From: an uncultured Planctomycetaceae bacterium
Lineage (GTDB): Bacteria > Planctomycetota > Planctomycetia > Planctomycetales > Planctomycetaceae
Direction of reading: 5' to 3'
Assembly: GCA_963813715.1 (NCBI GenBank)
Contig: CAWFAK010000008.1
Location: forward strand, 1 to 64,000
Length of the DNA stretch: 64,000 bases
The notes beneath the pieces were generated by a model. It was not told the DNA's origin, searched no databases, and saw only the letters and a program-made list of their open reading frames with translations. Within the stretch, counting starts at the first letter, position 1. The number at the start of each line of letters is the position of its first letter. A program made the translations under genes and the position numbers. Below are positions 53,272-64,000 of the stretch, in pieces.

Positions 53272-54801
53272 TTATGCCAGCACGTCGGTGAGGACGCGGC
53301 CGTGTACGTCGGTCAGCCGGCGCTCGAGGCCGTTGTGATAGAAGGTCAGCCGTGTGTGGTCAAAGCCCAACAGCCAAAGCAGCGTCGCGTGCAGATCGTG
53401 AATGGAGGAGACGTCAGCGGCCGCCTTGTAGCCCAGCTCGTCGGTCGCCCCGTACGAAAAGGCCCGTTTGACGCCGGCGCCGGCCAGCCACGCGGTGAAG
53501 CCGTGCGGATTGTGGTCGCGGCCGCTCGCTCCCTTCTGGAACGTCGGCATGCGGCCGAACTCGGTACACCAGACGACCAGCGTTTCGGAGAGCAGGCCGC
53601 GGGATTTGAGGTCGCTCAAGAGGGCGGCGGCCGGCTGGTCGAGGACCGGCCCATGAATGTCGTACTGCTTCTTGAGGAAGCGGTGCCCGTCCCAGTTGCC
53701 GACGCCCTCGCCCATCGCGTAGGCGCCATTAAAGAGCTGCACGAACCGCACGCCAGACTCGATCAGCCGGCGGGCGAGGATGCAGTTGCGGGCGAAACCG
53801 GCTTTGAGCTTGTTCTCGACGTCGTCGGCTCCGTAGGCGGCCAGCGTTGTCCGAGACTCGCTCGAGAGGTCCATGATTCGCGGCACGCTCAGCTGCATGC
53901 GGGCCGCCATTTCGTAGCTGGCGATGCGGGCCGAGAGTTCGGTGTCGCCCGGAAACTGGGCGAGGTGCCGCTCGTTGAGCAGCTTAAGCAGGTCCGACGT
54001 GGCGAGATCCCCCGCGCTCGACACGCCGGGCGGTCGCTCGAGATGGCGGATCGGCTGGCTGCTATTGAAGGGCGTTCCCTGGAAGACGGCGGGCAGGAAA
54101 CCGGCTCCCCAATTGTTGACGCTCGACTGCGGCACGCCGCGCGGGTCGGGGATCGCCACGAAGGCGGGCAGGTCGTTGTTCTCGGTCCCCAGGGCGTAAC
54201 TCACCCAGGCGCCCATGCTGGGATAGCCGTCGAGCGTGAAGCCGGTGGAGAGGAAGTTTTCGCCCGGGCCGTGCGTGTTCGTCTGGCTGGTGAGCGAGTG
54301 GATAAAGCACATCTCGTCGGCCAGCTCGCCCAGCCGCGGCAACAGGTCAGAAGTCATCTTGCCCGACTGGCCGCGGGGACGAAACGCGTACGGGCTCTTG
54401 ATCAGGTTGCCGTTCGCACCCTGAAAGGTGACGAGGCCGGCGCCCCCCGGCATCGGCTGGTCGTGCCGGCGGATCAGCTCGGGCTTGTAGTCGAAGGTAT
54501 CGATCGAGCTGCAGGCGCCCGAGCAAAAGATGACGAGCACGTTCTTCGCGCGGGCTGGCAAGGGTGGACGTCGTGCCCCGAACGGGTGGGCCGGATCGAT
54601 GGCTGGCCGGAACGGGCCGCTAGTATTTGCCGCGGTGGGAACGGACGCGCTCGCCGCACCGAGTGCGCCATCCCGCGCGAGCAAGTGCGCGAGTGCGATC
54701 CCCGACAGTCCGCTCGCCGTCTGGGCGAGGAACCCGCGGCGGTCGAGCAGCCGGCGGCCGGCGCAGGAGAGGGGGGACGATTGTTGTTGACGAGCAGACA
54801 C
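53272..54801 (-). CDS. DUF1501 domain protein (Tat-exported)
   Basis: [47 protein letters not shown]. Confidence 0.95.
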   Translation of the reverse strand: MSARQQQSSPLSCAGRRLLDRRGFLAQTASGLSGIALAHLLARDGALGAASASVPTAANTSGPFRPAIDPAHPFGARRPPLPARAKNVLVIFCSGACSSIDTFDYKPELIRRHDQPMPGGAGLVTFQGANGNLIKSPYAFRPRGQSGKMTSDLLPRLGELADEMCFIHSLTSQTNTHGPGENFLSTGFTLDGYPSMGAWVSYALGTENNDLPAFVAIPDPRGVPQSSVNNWGAGFLPAVFQGTPFNSSQPIRHLERPPGVSSAGDLATSDLLKLLNERHLAQFPGDTELSARIASYEMAARMQLSVPRIMDLSSESRTTLAAYGADDVENKLKAGFARNCILARRLIESGVRFVQLFNGAYAMGEGVGNWDGHRFLKKQYDIHGPVLDQPAAALLSDLKSRGLLSETLVVWCTEFGRMPTFQKGASGRDHNPHGFTAWLAGAGVKRAFSYGATDELGYKAAADVSSIHDLHATLLWLLGFDHTRLTFYHNGLERRLTDVHGRVLTDVLA

Positions 54802-54816
54802 GCAGCCGGCCTCAGA

Positions 54817-57615
54817 TCAAGGAAGAAACAGGAACTCGTTGGCGTTGAACAAAGCACGACAGAGCGACCGGAGGCCGTACCGCGCGACGAGTCGTTCGGC
54901 GGCTCGGCTTTCCACTTCGTCCGGCTGGCGGCCGAACGCGAGCTCGAATGCCCGCTGCACTCCGGGTGCCGCTCCGCTACCCGCCTCGTGCCGGCAGCGT
55001 TCGGCCATCAGGTCGGCTTGCTCTTCAGTGAAGCGGCTATTGAAGAGGCCCAGCGCTTGCACGGCGGTCGTCGATTGCGTGCGGCGCGGGGCGATCAGGC
55101 CGGCATCGGGGCAATCGAACGCGCCGAAGACCGAATCCTGTTCCATCCGCACTTTCGACATGTAAACCATGCGTCGCCACTCGGACGGACCGAATTGTTC
55201 TTTGGGCCGGTAGACGCGGACGTAGTTCGTGTTCGGTTGGAAGGGGCTGAAGCCGGGGCCACCCATCCGTTCCTCGAGCACGCCGCTGGCCGTCAGCATC
55301 GAATCGCGGATGGCCTCCGCCTCGAGCCGGCGCGGCGGGAACCGCCACAAGAGGCGTGCACTCGCGTCGACCTTCAGGCCGTCAACTCGCGGAGCCGACA
55401 ATTGCCGATACGTGGCCGATGTCAGAATCAGCCGATGGACGTGCTTGAGCGACCAGCCGCTGTGAACCAGCTCGTTCGCCAGCCAATCGAGCAGCTCGAG
55501 ATGCGACGGGCGGCCGCCGTTGTGGCCGAAATCGGACGGCGTCTCGACGATGCCGCGGCCGAAGTGGTAATGCCAGAGCCGATTCACCATGACCCGAGCG
55601 GTCAGCGGATTCTGCGGCCGAGCGATCCAACGGGCCAGGGCGACGCGACGCTCTTGCTCGGGAGCGGCGGGCGGAATCTCGAGCGGACCGACGGCCGCAA
55701 TCGCCCCGGGATTCACCACGTCGCGCGGGGAGCCGGGGTCACCGCGATAGAGCCGATGAACCGGATCGGGTTGCTCGAACAGGCCGGCATAAACTCGGGG
55801 CGAGGCCGACGTATTTTCCCGCTCGTTGCTGAGCCGCTGCAACTCGGCAAAGAGTTTGGATGCTTCGTGGCGTTTGTCCGACGAGAAACGCGCGGGGAGC
55901 ACTGCGAGCGGCAGCGCGCCGGCGCCCGGAGGCAGGCGTCCATCGGAGCCGGCGATCGGCTTCCAGCGGCCGTCGGCGCTTTGGGCCTCGATCAGATAAT
56001 CGGTCGGCAGGCGATCGCGGTAGACGCCCGAGCGGTCGCGTCCCCATTCGATCTGCGAGATCAGGCAATCGCGGGGGAACTCGACGATTGCCCAGCCCTT
56101 GCCGCGCTCGTTGGAGATCCAGCTCCGCTCGTTGCCAAAGCGGCCGTCGTTGAGATGCGCGCGTTTGTGGAAGCTCGACCCGGGAAAGACGGACGAAACG
56201 GAAACCGTCGCCCCAGCCGACGCCAGCGCCACGTTTTCGAGCGTTCGGACTCCGCTGTTGCCACGTGCAGCGGCGAGAATCACCAGCTCATCGAGGCACG
56301 GCTCGGTGCCGTCGTTCGTGGCTCGAATCGTAAACCGCACGCGCCGAGCCCGCACGGGTTCAAAAACCTCGGTGTTGCGGCGCGGATCGACGGGGGGCCG
56401 CAAACCGAGTCGGGCCAGCGCCGGGTCGTGCGTTCGATCTCGGCGATGAGCTCCTGGCGATGGGCGATGCGCCGCGGCTCGTCGACGGCATCGAGCGGCC
56501 GCTCGCCGTGCTGCACGCCGGCAAAGACGGCCTCCACCGCGTAAAAGTCATGCTGCGGAATTGGGTCGAACTTGTGGTTGTGACACTTGGCGCAACCCAG
56601 CGTCAGCCCCAAAAAGGTCGTGCCCGTTGTATTAATGATGTCGGTGAGTTCGTCCTGCCGCTGCATCCGCGTCAGGACGGGGTCCGGGCTTTTCACCTTG
56701 TCGCATGGTCCGCCGACGAGAAACCCGGTGGCCGCGTCCGCGCCGACGCTGTCGCCCGCGAGCTGCTCGAAGACGAGCCGGTCGTACGGCTTGTCGGCGT
56801 TGAAGGCGCCGATCAAGTAATCGCGATAGGGATAGGCGTTGGGCCGCTCGATGTTGGTCTCGAAGCCATCGGTCTCGGCGAACCGCACGACGTCGAGCCA
56901 GTGACGGGCCCAGCGCTCGCCGAAATGAGGGCTGGCCAGCACGCGATCGACGAGCCGGTTCCAGGCGAGCGGATCGGTGTCAGCCGGCAAACTGGGCGAT
57001 CTCGGCCGGCGACGGCGGCAGGCCGAGCACATCGAGATAGAGCCGGCGAATGAGCGTGCGACGATCAGCGGGCGGCGACGGCGCGAGACCGGCTGCATGG
57101 AGCTTCGCTGCAACGAACGCGTCGAGCGGATTGCCGGGAAAGTCTTTGTCCTGCGTTACCGGCGGCCGATCGACTCGCACAGGCTTGAACGACCAGAAGT
57201 CGGCACTCGGCCCGGAGCTGGCGGCGCCGTCGTCGAAGGCCGCTCCTTGATCGATCCACCGACGAAGAATTTCGATCTCGCCCGCGGTGAGCCGTGCGCC
57301 GTCCGGCGGCATCGAGAGTTTTTTGTCCTTCCCCGAGACGACCAGCAGCAGCCGACTGTCGGCGCTTCGACCAGGCACGACGCCCGCGCGCCCGACTTGC
57401 CCCCTTTCAGCAAATCGGCACGTCGATCGACACGCAGATTGCTCTCCTGAGTGTCGGCAGCGTGACATTCGAAGCAGTGCTTCGAGAGAATCGGTCGCAC
57501 GTCCCGCTGAAAGCTGACGGGTGCTTCCGCGGCCGTCGCGTGCGCTGCGATCAGAACGACCGCGAGGGAAGTGACCGATGCTGAAATCGGAAAGCGCAAA
57601 CCCGATCTCCGCCAA
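54817..57615 (-). CDS. PSCyt1/DUF1549/DUF1553 protein with an inserted discoidin-like domain (frameshifts)
   Basis: VSFQRDVRPILSKHCFECH, RRLYLDVLGLPP, WARHWLDVVRFAET, CAKCHNHKFDPI, NVALAS..HLNDG..SW, NPLTARVMVNRLW, NANEFLF; start approximate. Confidence 0.88.
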
Positions 57616-57857
57616 TAATCGCGCGAGGACAAGTTGGCGAGGGGCCGGACAAATCCGGCCGAACGTTCAGGCGTGATCGCGGAATTCTCCGCGACATCGT
57701 GCAGGCAGGGCACCGTGGAGTTCGTCTCGACAGCCGCCCTTAGGATACCATCTCGGTCAACCCCGGGTCACCTGCTCCGCGAGCCTCTTCCCGAATTTCG
57801 TTTCGCCGGTGTGCGCCCTTGCTCGCCGTGCTCCGCTTCGACTGCGGCCCGGCTCAT

Positions 57858-57896
57858 ATACTTTGGTTTGACAAACAAAACTATTTGAAGTATCGT
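57858..57896 (+). promoter_or_regulatory. Sigma70-like promoter with an overlapping 13-1-13 palindrome (putative MarR operator)
   Basis: TTGACA (57868-57873), 17 nt, TATCGT (57891-57896); ATACTTTGGTTTG-A-CAAACAAAACTAT (11/13 pairs). Confidence 0.7.
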
Positions 57897-57901
57897 TCTT
57901 T

Positions 57902-58390
57902 ATGGACGCGGTTCAGGCCAGCAAGGCGGTGATTCGGCTTTATCCGCGGATTTACTTCGCGTGCCATCGCCGGCACGTGCGGGATCCCGGCAGCAACCGA
58001 GTGCTGTCGTCGCACCAAGTCTCGATTCTCGATCATCTGGACGAGCGTGAAGTGACCTTTATTTCGAGCCTGGCCGAGCACATGGGCGTGACCGTCTCCA
58101 CGATCTCGCTCGCTCTCGATCGGCTGGTCGAGCAGGGATTCGCGCGACGCGTGCCCGATAAGGCCGATCGTCGGCGTGTCGGCGTGCTTTTGACGAAGGC
58201 CGGAGTTCGCATCCGGGATTCCTCGGGGCCGCTGGATCCCGATCTCGTCGCGACGCTCGTTGAGCGACTGAGCGACGAGGAACGCAGGCAAGCGGTGCGG
58301 GGCCTGAAGCTGTTGGCGGATGCAGCAGGCCGCGCCGGGACTGCCGATGCGGCCAGACAAGTCATGCGGGAAGCGGACTCAAAAGAATAA
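57902..58390 (+). CDS. MarR family transcriptional regulator
   Basis: LAEHMGVTVSTISLALDRLVEQGFARRVPDKADRRRVGVLLTKAG. Confidence 0.93.
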   Translation: MDAVQASKAVIRLYPRIYFACHRRHVRDPGSNRVLSSHQVSILDHLDEREVTFISSLAEHMGVTVSTISLALDRLVEQGFARRVPDKADRRRVGVLLTKAGVRIRDSSGPLDPDLVATLVERLSDEERRQAVRGLKLLADAAGRAGTADAARQVMREADSKE

Positions 58391-58492
58391 GGCGGGATCC
58401 GGCCGCGCGGCCCACGGCCGCATGGGACTCACCAGTGCGGCGCACGGCCGCACGTAACTCACAGGGATCAGACAACTCGCGAGGAATGAACG

Positions 58493-59017
58493 ATGGGCAG
58501 CGTGATCTACTTTCTGGTTGGCCTTGTGCTGATGGCGTCGGGGGTGGTCCTCTCGTTCGGGGCCGTCATGCCGAGGGAGCACATCGTCACGCGATCCGCC
58601 GAGCTGTGCGCCTCGCCTCAGGCCGTTTGGACCCTGATTTCCGAACCGGAGAACTTTCCCTCGTGGCGCTCGGGCGTGAAGAGCGTCGAAATGCTCAGCG
58701 GCGCGAACGAACCCAAGAAATGGGTGGAAGCCTCCGGCCGTGATCGCCTCCAGTTGGCTATCGTTGAGGCGAAGAGTGCGGAAACGCTCGTCACCAAGAT
58801 CGACGACGACAAACTGCCCTACGGCGGAACCTGGACCTACTCGCTCCAGCCGTCAGTGAGCGATGGCGGGAGCCACCTCGAAATCACCGAACAGGGATTC
58901 GTGAACCCGCCGCCATTTCGTTTCCTGGCAAAATTCGTCTTCGGTCACGCCACAACAATCGATCGCTACCTGGCCGACTTGCGGAAGCGGACGGACGCGG
59001 ACCGATCGGGCCAGTGA
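58493..59017 (+). CDS. SRPBCC (polyketide cyclase-like) family protein
   Basis: N-terminal TM; SPQAVWTLISEPENFPSWRSGVKSVE; GGTWTYSL..ITEQG. Confidence 0.85.
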   Translation: MGSVIYFLVGLVLMASGVVLSFGAVMPREHIVTRSAELCASPQAVWTLISEPENFPSWRSGVKSVEMLSGANEPKKWVEASGRDRLQLAIVEAKSAETLVTKIDDDKLPYGGTWTYSLQPSVSDGGSHLEITEQGFVNPPPFRFLAKFVFGHATTIDRYLADLRKRTDADRSGQ

Positions 59018-59056
59018 TCCGTCCGAGAAACTTTCACTCCCGCGGAAAGTCGTCGA

Positions 59057-59728
59057 TTACTTTGACTTCGGCGGAGGTTTTGAATCGTCTTCGTCCTCTG
59101 CAAACGAAAATGAAGAGCCGCGCTCGTTTTTGTCGTTATGAGGCTTGCCAAACATTCGCACAGTCACGGGCCGAAACAAGACAACCAGTTCGCCTGTCCG
59201 ATGGGTCATCTGAATTGGAGGAAACATCCCGGCGATTTCTCGAGGCCATGCCACAATTTCCGCGGTTTCGACGCCTCTCATTTCCCACTCGTCGCCCTCA
59301 TAGACGTCCGGCAAGAAAACCGCGTTATTCTGCCACCACTTCGCTGTCCATGTGCGCGTGCCATCGGGCGCTGCCGTCACGATGCCGCGGGACTTAATTG
59401 GAGTCACAGTATCAGCAGGGATTGTAATGGGGACGCGTACCGGCTTGCCGTCGATGCTGTTTACGACAAACACGAATCCTTCCGGCTTAGCGTGGCCTTC
59501 CGGGATCTTGTCGGAATTCTTCCATTTGCCGCGAATTGTCACGACGTCTTCACCCAACGAGTTTCCCAGTCGACCAAGCAGCTTCACTCGCCTGGGAACG
59601 TCCTCGAATTTCACTCTGACTGGCTCACGAGCGGGTTCGGGCTCCAGAGGGCCGTGCCCACTCGAAACGGCCATCGAGGCGGCGACAACCAGCACTCCGG
59701 CGACGCACGTCGTGACGAATCTGAACAT
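59057..59728 (-). CDS. Exported hypothetical protein
   Basis: Signal-like MFRFVTTCVAGVLVVAASMA; 223 aa; lower GC. Confidence 0.6.
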   Translation of the reverse strand: MFRFVTTCVAGVLVVAASMAVSSGHGPLEPEPAREPVRVKFEDVPRRVKLLGRLGNSLGEDVVTIRGKWKNSDKIPEGHAKPEGFVFVVNSIDGKPVRVPITIPADTVTPIKSRGIVTAAPDGTRTWTAKWWQNNAVFLPDVYEGDEWEMRGVETAEIVAWPREIAGMFPPIQMTHRTGELVVLFRPVTVRMFGKPHNDKNERGSSFSFAEDEDDSKPPPKSK

Positions 59729-59762
59729 AGCGAAGCTTTGAAGATGATTGTCGAGCGGAGAA

Positions 59763-60881
59763 TCAGTTTCGCGGAAAGACGTCCTCAATCGGCTTGCCGG
59801 CCTTGGGCTCGGCGGCGCAGTAGTCTTCGCCCAGAAAGCGGGCCAGCGTGGCGGCGATCTGGGTTTGGGTGAGAGTCGGGATGTGCTTCCGCTCGCCGAG
59901 CGGGGGCGTGTCGGGTCCGATCACCGCGATCCAGATGCTTTCGGAGCCTTTGAAGCGGTCGCTGTGGCTCTTCCATTCCTCGGGGCCGTGGCCCCGGCCG
60001 TGGTCGGGAGAATAGATCAGCGTGGTGCGGTCGCGGTATTTTGGGTGCGACTGCACGGCTTGCCACAGTTCGGCGACGTACGCGTCGACGCGGTGGGCCG
60101 ACCAGAGGTACTCGTCATACCGTCCTTCGTGAGCCCACTCGTCGCTTTCGCCCAGCGACACGAAAAAAATCCGCGGCTCGTGCAGGCGGAAGTACTCCCG
60201 GGCCGTGCGGTAGGTGAGGGCGTCGAACGGCTCGTTCGGCCAGTGCGAAGGAATCTCCTGCTTCAACTTATTGAGCAGCACGAATCTCCGGCGTCAGCTC
60301 ACCTTCGAGCATCGGCTCGAAAGCCGCGTTGATATAGAAGCCGCAACGCTCGCGATTGAAGATGAAGGGGAAACGGTCCCAGCGCGCCGAAGGCGGCCAC
60401 GCCGCCCCTCGAACCGCGGCTTGCGATAGAGCCACTCGATGACGGTGCGGTTCGGGTTATCGCGTTTGTCGTTGGTGCCGATCCGCGGGTCGGCGAATCC
60501 GCACAACGTCTCGCTGTAGCCGGGATAGGAAAAGTTGTGCCCGTTGGTGACGTGGACGGCACTTCCCTGGTCCTGGTTGCCGAAGAGCTGTCCCTGCCGC
60601 GCGACCGTCTTCCAGAGAAAGGGAAAGAGCGCTTCCCGCCGCGCCTCGACCGTCGGCCGGTCGAACTGCCGCTTGAGTTCGCTCGGCCGTTTCACGCCTC
60701 CCGGCCGGTTACTCATCAGCAGGTCCTCGGCCCCGCGAAAGACTTCCTCCCAGCGCACGCCGTCATTCATCACCAGGATCACGTTCTCGGTTTTGAGCGG
60801 TGGGGCGGCGGCCAGCGGTTGTCCCGAGATCGCTAGGGGGCCGGCGAGCAAGAGCACGACAAACAGCGGACGGATTCGCAT
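59763..60881 (-). CDS. Alkaline phosphatase superfamily / metalloenzyme protein (frameshifts)
   Basis: ENVILVMNDGVRWEEVF, FSYPGYSE, LGESDEWAHEGRYDEYL, SPDHGRG. Confidence 0.85.
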
Positions 60882-60999
60882 GATCTCTCTATCTGGGGAA
60901 ATACTGGCGACTGCGCGGCGGTCGACAGGGTCGATCGGCCGATCTCCAATTAAACCATCCCTACGCCGAAAATTCGCTGCGCCAAACGCTTTAGAATCG

Positions 61000-61029
61000 T
61001 TGACACTCTGCGGAGGGTCAAATTAGGAT
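61000..61029 (+). promoter_or_regulatory. Putative promoter with an inverted repeat upstream of exbB
   Basis: TTGACA (61000-61005), 18 nt, TAGGAT (61024-61029); TTGACACTC-TGCG-GAGGGTCAA dyad. Confidence 0.45.
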
Positions 61030-61088
61030 CAAATTCGACGGCTCCCCCTTCTCACGTCTCCGTCCGACTCTCTGGCGAGATCGAGCCC

Positions 61089-61757
61089 ATGAACATCTCC
61101 GACATGATCATTCACGCCCGCGAGGGCGTTTACTTGACGCAGCTGGGCCTGGCGATCTTCGGCGTCTACCTGCTGATCGTGATGTTCCGTCAGCTCAGTC
61201 GGAAAAGATTCGCCAGCCAGGCGGCCGCATCACAGTTCCTGGAACAGGTGGACGAGAAGCTGCAGCAGCGCGACATCGACGGCGTCGCCGAGGTCTGCGA
61301 CTCGCCCGCTTACTGGTCGAAGGCCGTGCCGCAGCTCGTGATCGTCGCCTTGCAAAACCCGCAGCTCAATCCGCAAAAGCTCCGCCGGCACCTGGGCGAA
61401 ACGTTCGAGCGCGAGGTGCTGGCCGACTTCGATTTTCGCTCGTCGTGGATCGTGACGATCGTGCGGGCTGCCCCCATGTTGGGCCTCTTGGGAACGGTGC
61501 TCGCTCTGATCGCGGCCTTCGAGAAAATTGCCACCGTGCAGACGCAGGGGAACGATCCGAGCGCGCTGGCCGGCGACATCGGCCACGCCCTGTTGACGAC
61601 GGCATTCGGATTGGCGATTGCCATTCCGCTGACGCTGGCGGGCAACATGATTCACGTGCGGCTGGGCATGCTGCAGAACGCCGTCCAGCACCAGCTCGGC
61701 GCATTCCTCGAAATGTACGAGGCGGCCTTCCGTCCGACCAAAGGAAAGCCGGCATGA
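61089..61757 (+). CDS. MotA/TolQ/ExbB proton channel family protein
   Basis: APMLGLLGTV..LI.AF ... ALLTTAFGLAIAIP. Confidence 0.93.
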   Translation: MNISDMIIHAREGVYLTQLGLAIFGVYLLIVMFRQLSRKRFASQAAASQFLEQVDEKLQQRDIDGVAEVCDSPAYWSKAVPQLVIVALQNPQLNPQKLRRHLGETFEREVLADFDFRSSWIVTIVRAAPMLGLLGTVLALIAAFEKIATVQTQGNDPSALAGDIGHALLTTAFGLAIAIPLTLAGNMIHVRLGMLQNAVQHQLGAFLEMYEAAFRPTKGKPA

Positions 61758-62208
61758 CGCGTCGCACGATCCTGTCGGGCGAGTCGGCCGAACAGCAGTG
61801 GGGCACGAAAGTCCGCAAGCCCCACGAGGCGGACATCGACGTCACGCCGCTGGTCGACTGCGTCTTCCTCCTGCTCGCCTTCTTCATGATGACGTCGCCC
61901 ATGAAGGGCAACCCCGATAAGAAACTGCCGACGGCGCTACACGGCGGCCCGATCAATCCCAACTCGGCCACCATGATTCGCATCGCCGAGGCTGAGCCGA
62001 GCCCGCACATTCTGCTCAACGACCGCGAAAGCACGATCGACGACGTGCGGCCGTTCGTCGAGGAAGGTCTGCGCAAGGGTCACGCGACAGTGGTCATCAA
62101 GGCCGACCGAAAGTCCCCTGCGGGCTGGTCCAGAAAGTCGCCAAGGCCATCACCTCAGTCGAGGGGGTGCGGTTTTGCATCGGCGTGTTGGACAAGCCCA
62201 ATCAGTAA
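61754..62208 (+). CDS. ExbD/TolR family protein (3' frameshift)
   Basis: IDVTPLVDCVFLLLAFFMMT ... VVIKADR. Confidence 0.9.
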
Positions 62209-62270
62209 GCGCGGCCCTCGATTGCGGCGAGCGTCGCTCGACGGGCCCGGCTGCGAAGCGTTCGTGAATT

Positions 62271-63070
62271 ATGGCCATCCGTTATCACTGCCCGCAGTGC
62301 CATCAGACTGCTGAGCATTGCCACGCGCCGGGCCGGCCAAACGACCCAGTGCCCCACGTGTGGCAACCGGCACACAGTGCCGACTGAGAGCGAGCCCGAG
62401 CGTCCGCACCCGGCACCCGCGGTGACCACGAAAGCAGTCCACCACCCGCCGCGGACGGAGCCGAATCCCGAGCGGAAAATCGTCGAGGCCGAACCCCCCG
62501 TCAAGCAAGTGCCCAGCCCGCCGGTTCACGGCGCGCTCGACCGGGCCGCGCCGCGGCGTCGCCCTATCTTGCCGGTGCCGCGGTTGAGGAACGGGGCCAT
62601 CACTGGGCCGAGGACGAGGAGGAAGACGAGGGATTCGTCATTCAGGGCGTCGAGCGGAAATCGGACGAGCTCGACCTGATTCCGATGGTCGACTGCGTCT
62701 TTCTGCTCCTGGTCTTCTACATGATCACCGCGTCGTACGCGCTGCAGAAAATGATCGACATGGCCGCCCCTGCCGCCGACAAGAAAGGGGTCGTCAATCG
62801 GTCCAAGCTGTCGACGACACGGCGCAAAGCTCGCTGGTCGTGCAGATCGACGCGGCGAATCGCGTCCTGATCGATGACGTCCCCGTGCCCAATCTCGGCG
62901 ACATCCCGGACATCTTGCGAACCAAGATGAACGGCGATCAGAAAAACGTCCTGATCATCGAAGCCGATCCCAAGGCCTTTCACGAAACGGTGGTGGCCGT
63001 AACCGATGCGGCCAAGGACCTGCCATTCCAGCACGTGCGGATGGCGGTGAAATCGGCCGACGAAGATTGA
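62271..63070 (+). CDS. ExbD/TolR family protein with an N-terminal zinc ribbon and Pro-rich linker (frameshifts)
   Basis: MAIRYHCPQCHQ...QCPTCGNRHTVP; DELDLIPMVDCVFLLLVFYMIT; LIIEADPKAFHETVVAVTD. Confidence 0.7.
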
Positions 63071-63111
63071 ATGTCGGTGCGGCCCAAGCGCTCGAAAGGA
63101 TAGGAACGCGA

Positions 63112-64000
63112 ATGCGCAAGGGCGTGTGCGGCAGTCGCTGTTTCGGATCGTGGTCTTGGTGATCGGCTCGGCGTGCCGCAGCGCTCGCTGGCGACGCAGC
63201 GAAAGCAGAAGTCGCATTGCCAGCCGCAGCGATCGCCGGCGTCCGCTTCCGCGAAAGCCGAGCCGCATTTCCGAAGCTCGGCATCGCACGCCGCAAGATG
63301 ACCACGACGTCGCGCGTCGCCCAAGAGTATTTCGATCAGGGGCTGGACTTTCTCTACGGATTCAATCATGACGAGGCGATTCGCTCGTTCGAGGCGGCGG
63401 CCGCGGCCGATCCGCACTGCGCCATGGCCTATTGGGGAATCGCCGCCGCCAACGGGCCGCACATCAACAATCCCAACGTGGACGAAGCATCACGCCAAGG
63501 CAGCCTGGAAGGCGCTCGGCAAGGCCCGCGAGTTGGCGGCCGGCGCGTCGCCCGTCGATCAGGCTCTGATCGAAGCGATGGGCAAGCGTTACGCCGAGAC
63601 GCAGCCGCAGATCGCCATCCGCTCGACGTCGCCTATGCCGACGCGATGCAAAAAGTCTGGGACGCACACTCGGACGATCCGACGTCGGGGCGCTGACGGC
63701 CGAGGCCCTGATGGATCTGCGTCCGTGGGACCAGTGGACGCCCGCCGGCAAACCGCAGCCGGGCACCGAAAAAGTGCTGGCGATCTTGGATGCCGTGCTG
63801 GCCAAATCGCCCAAGCATCCGCTGGCCGACGCACTTGATGATTCATGCCGCTCGAAGCCTCGCCCCATCCCAGAGCGAGCCGACGCGGCCGCCGATCGCC
63901 TCCGCGATCTGATGCCCGGAATCGGTCACCTAGTGCACATGCCGTCGCACATCGACGTCCGCCGGGGTCGCTGGCAGGACGCGGTGGTCGCCAACGAGAA
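63112..64000 (+). CDS. TPR-containing exported protein (runs off the window; frameshifts)
   Basis: AQEYFDQGL..LYGFNHDEAIRSFEAAAAADPHCAMAYWGIA..GP.IN; GHLVHMPSHID. Confidence 0.85.

Noticed and set aside
53134..56544. 1136-aa plus-strand ORF
   Set aside because: Antisense shadow of the second DUF1501/DUF1553 pair.
61000..61021. CIRCE-like operator
   Set aside because: Arms and 4-nt spacer differ from TTAGCACTC-N9-GAGTGCTAA; kept only as an unassigned dyad.
1..64000. Programmed frameshifting or mass pseudogenisation
   Set aside because: Indels are scattered across many unrelated genes, often in short homopolymers, without in-frame stops; sequencing or consensus error is the simpler explanation.
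1..64000. CRISPR array, tRNA or rRNA genes
   Set aside because: No regularly spaced repeat-spacer series and no cas genes; no cloverleaf or rRNA signature noticed by eye.

Overview
GC-rich bacterial chromosome segment, almost certainly from a planctomycete: it has two DUF1553/DUF1549-DUF1501 pairs, a DUF1559 prepilin-like protein, PQQ-like beta-propellers and a prenyltransferase-repeat protein. Many genes are broken by single-base indels, most likely long-read or consensus errors, so several genes were rebuilt across frames. Recognisable housekeeping genes are rnhA, infA, mog, a glutathione peroxidase, a cyclophilin, a GspE/PilB ATPase, an ABC exporter and exbB/exbD/exbD. The accessory region at about 41-47.7 kb is the most informative part. 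(i) An IS1111-type IS110 element (46206-47606) splits an alpha/beta hydrolase at a TG core, and its 3' non-coding end contains four short motifs matching both halves of its target and of its circle junction, a readable bridge/seekRNA candidate. (ii) Two different DDE insertion sequences each sit inside REP-like palindromes. (iii) A 159-bp MITE at 24745-24903 has ends resembling the first IS and carries an empty copy of that IS's target palindrome. Elsewhere there is a His/Cys-rich CxxC...RGPP leader (DUF2946/CruR-like) upstream of a DUF1559 gene, a stand-alone HEPN-motif gene and a histone H1-like protein. I saw no rRNA, tRNA or CRISPR array. All family calls come from motif recognition by eye, not from database searches.
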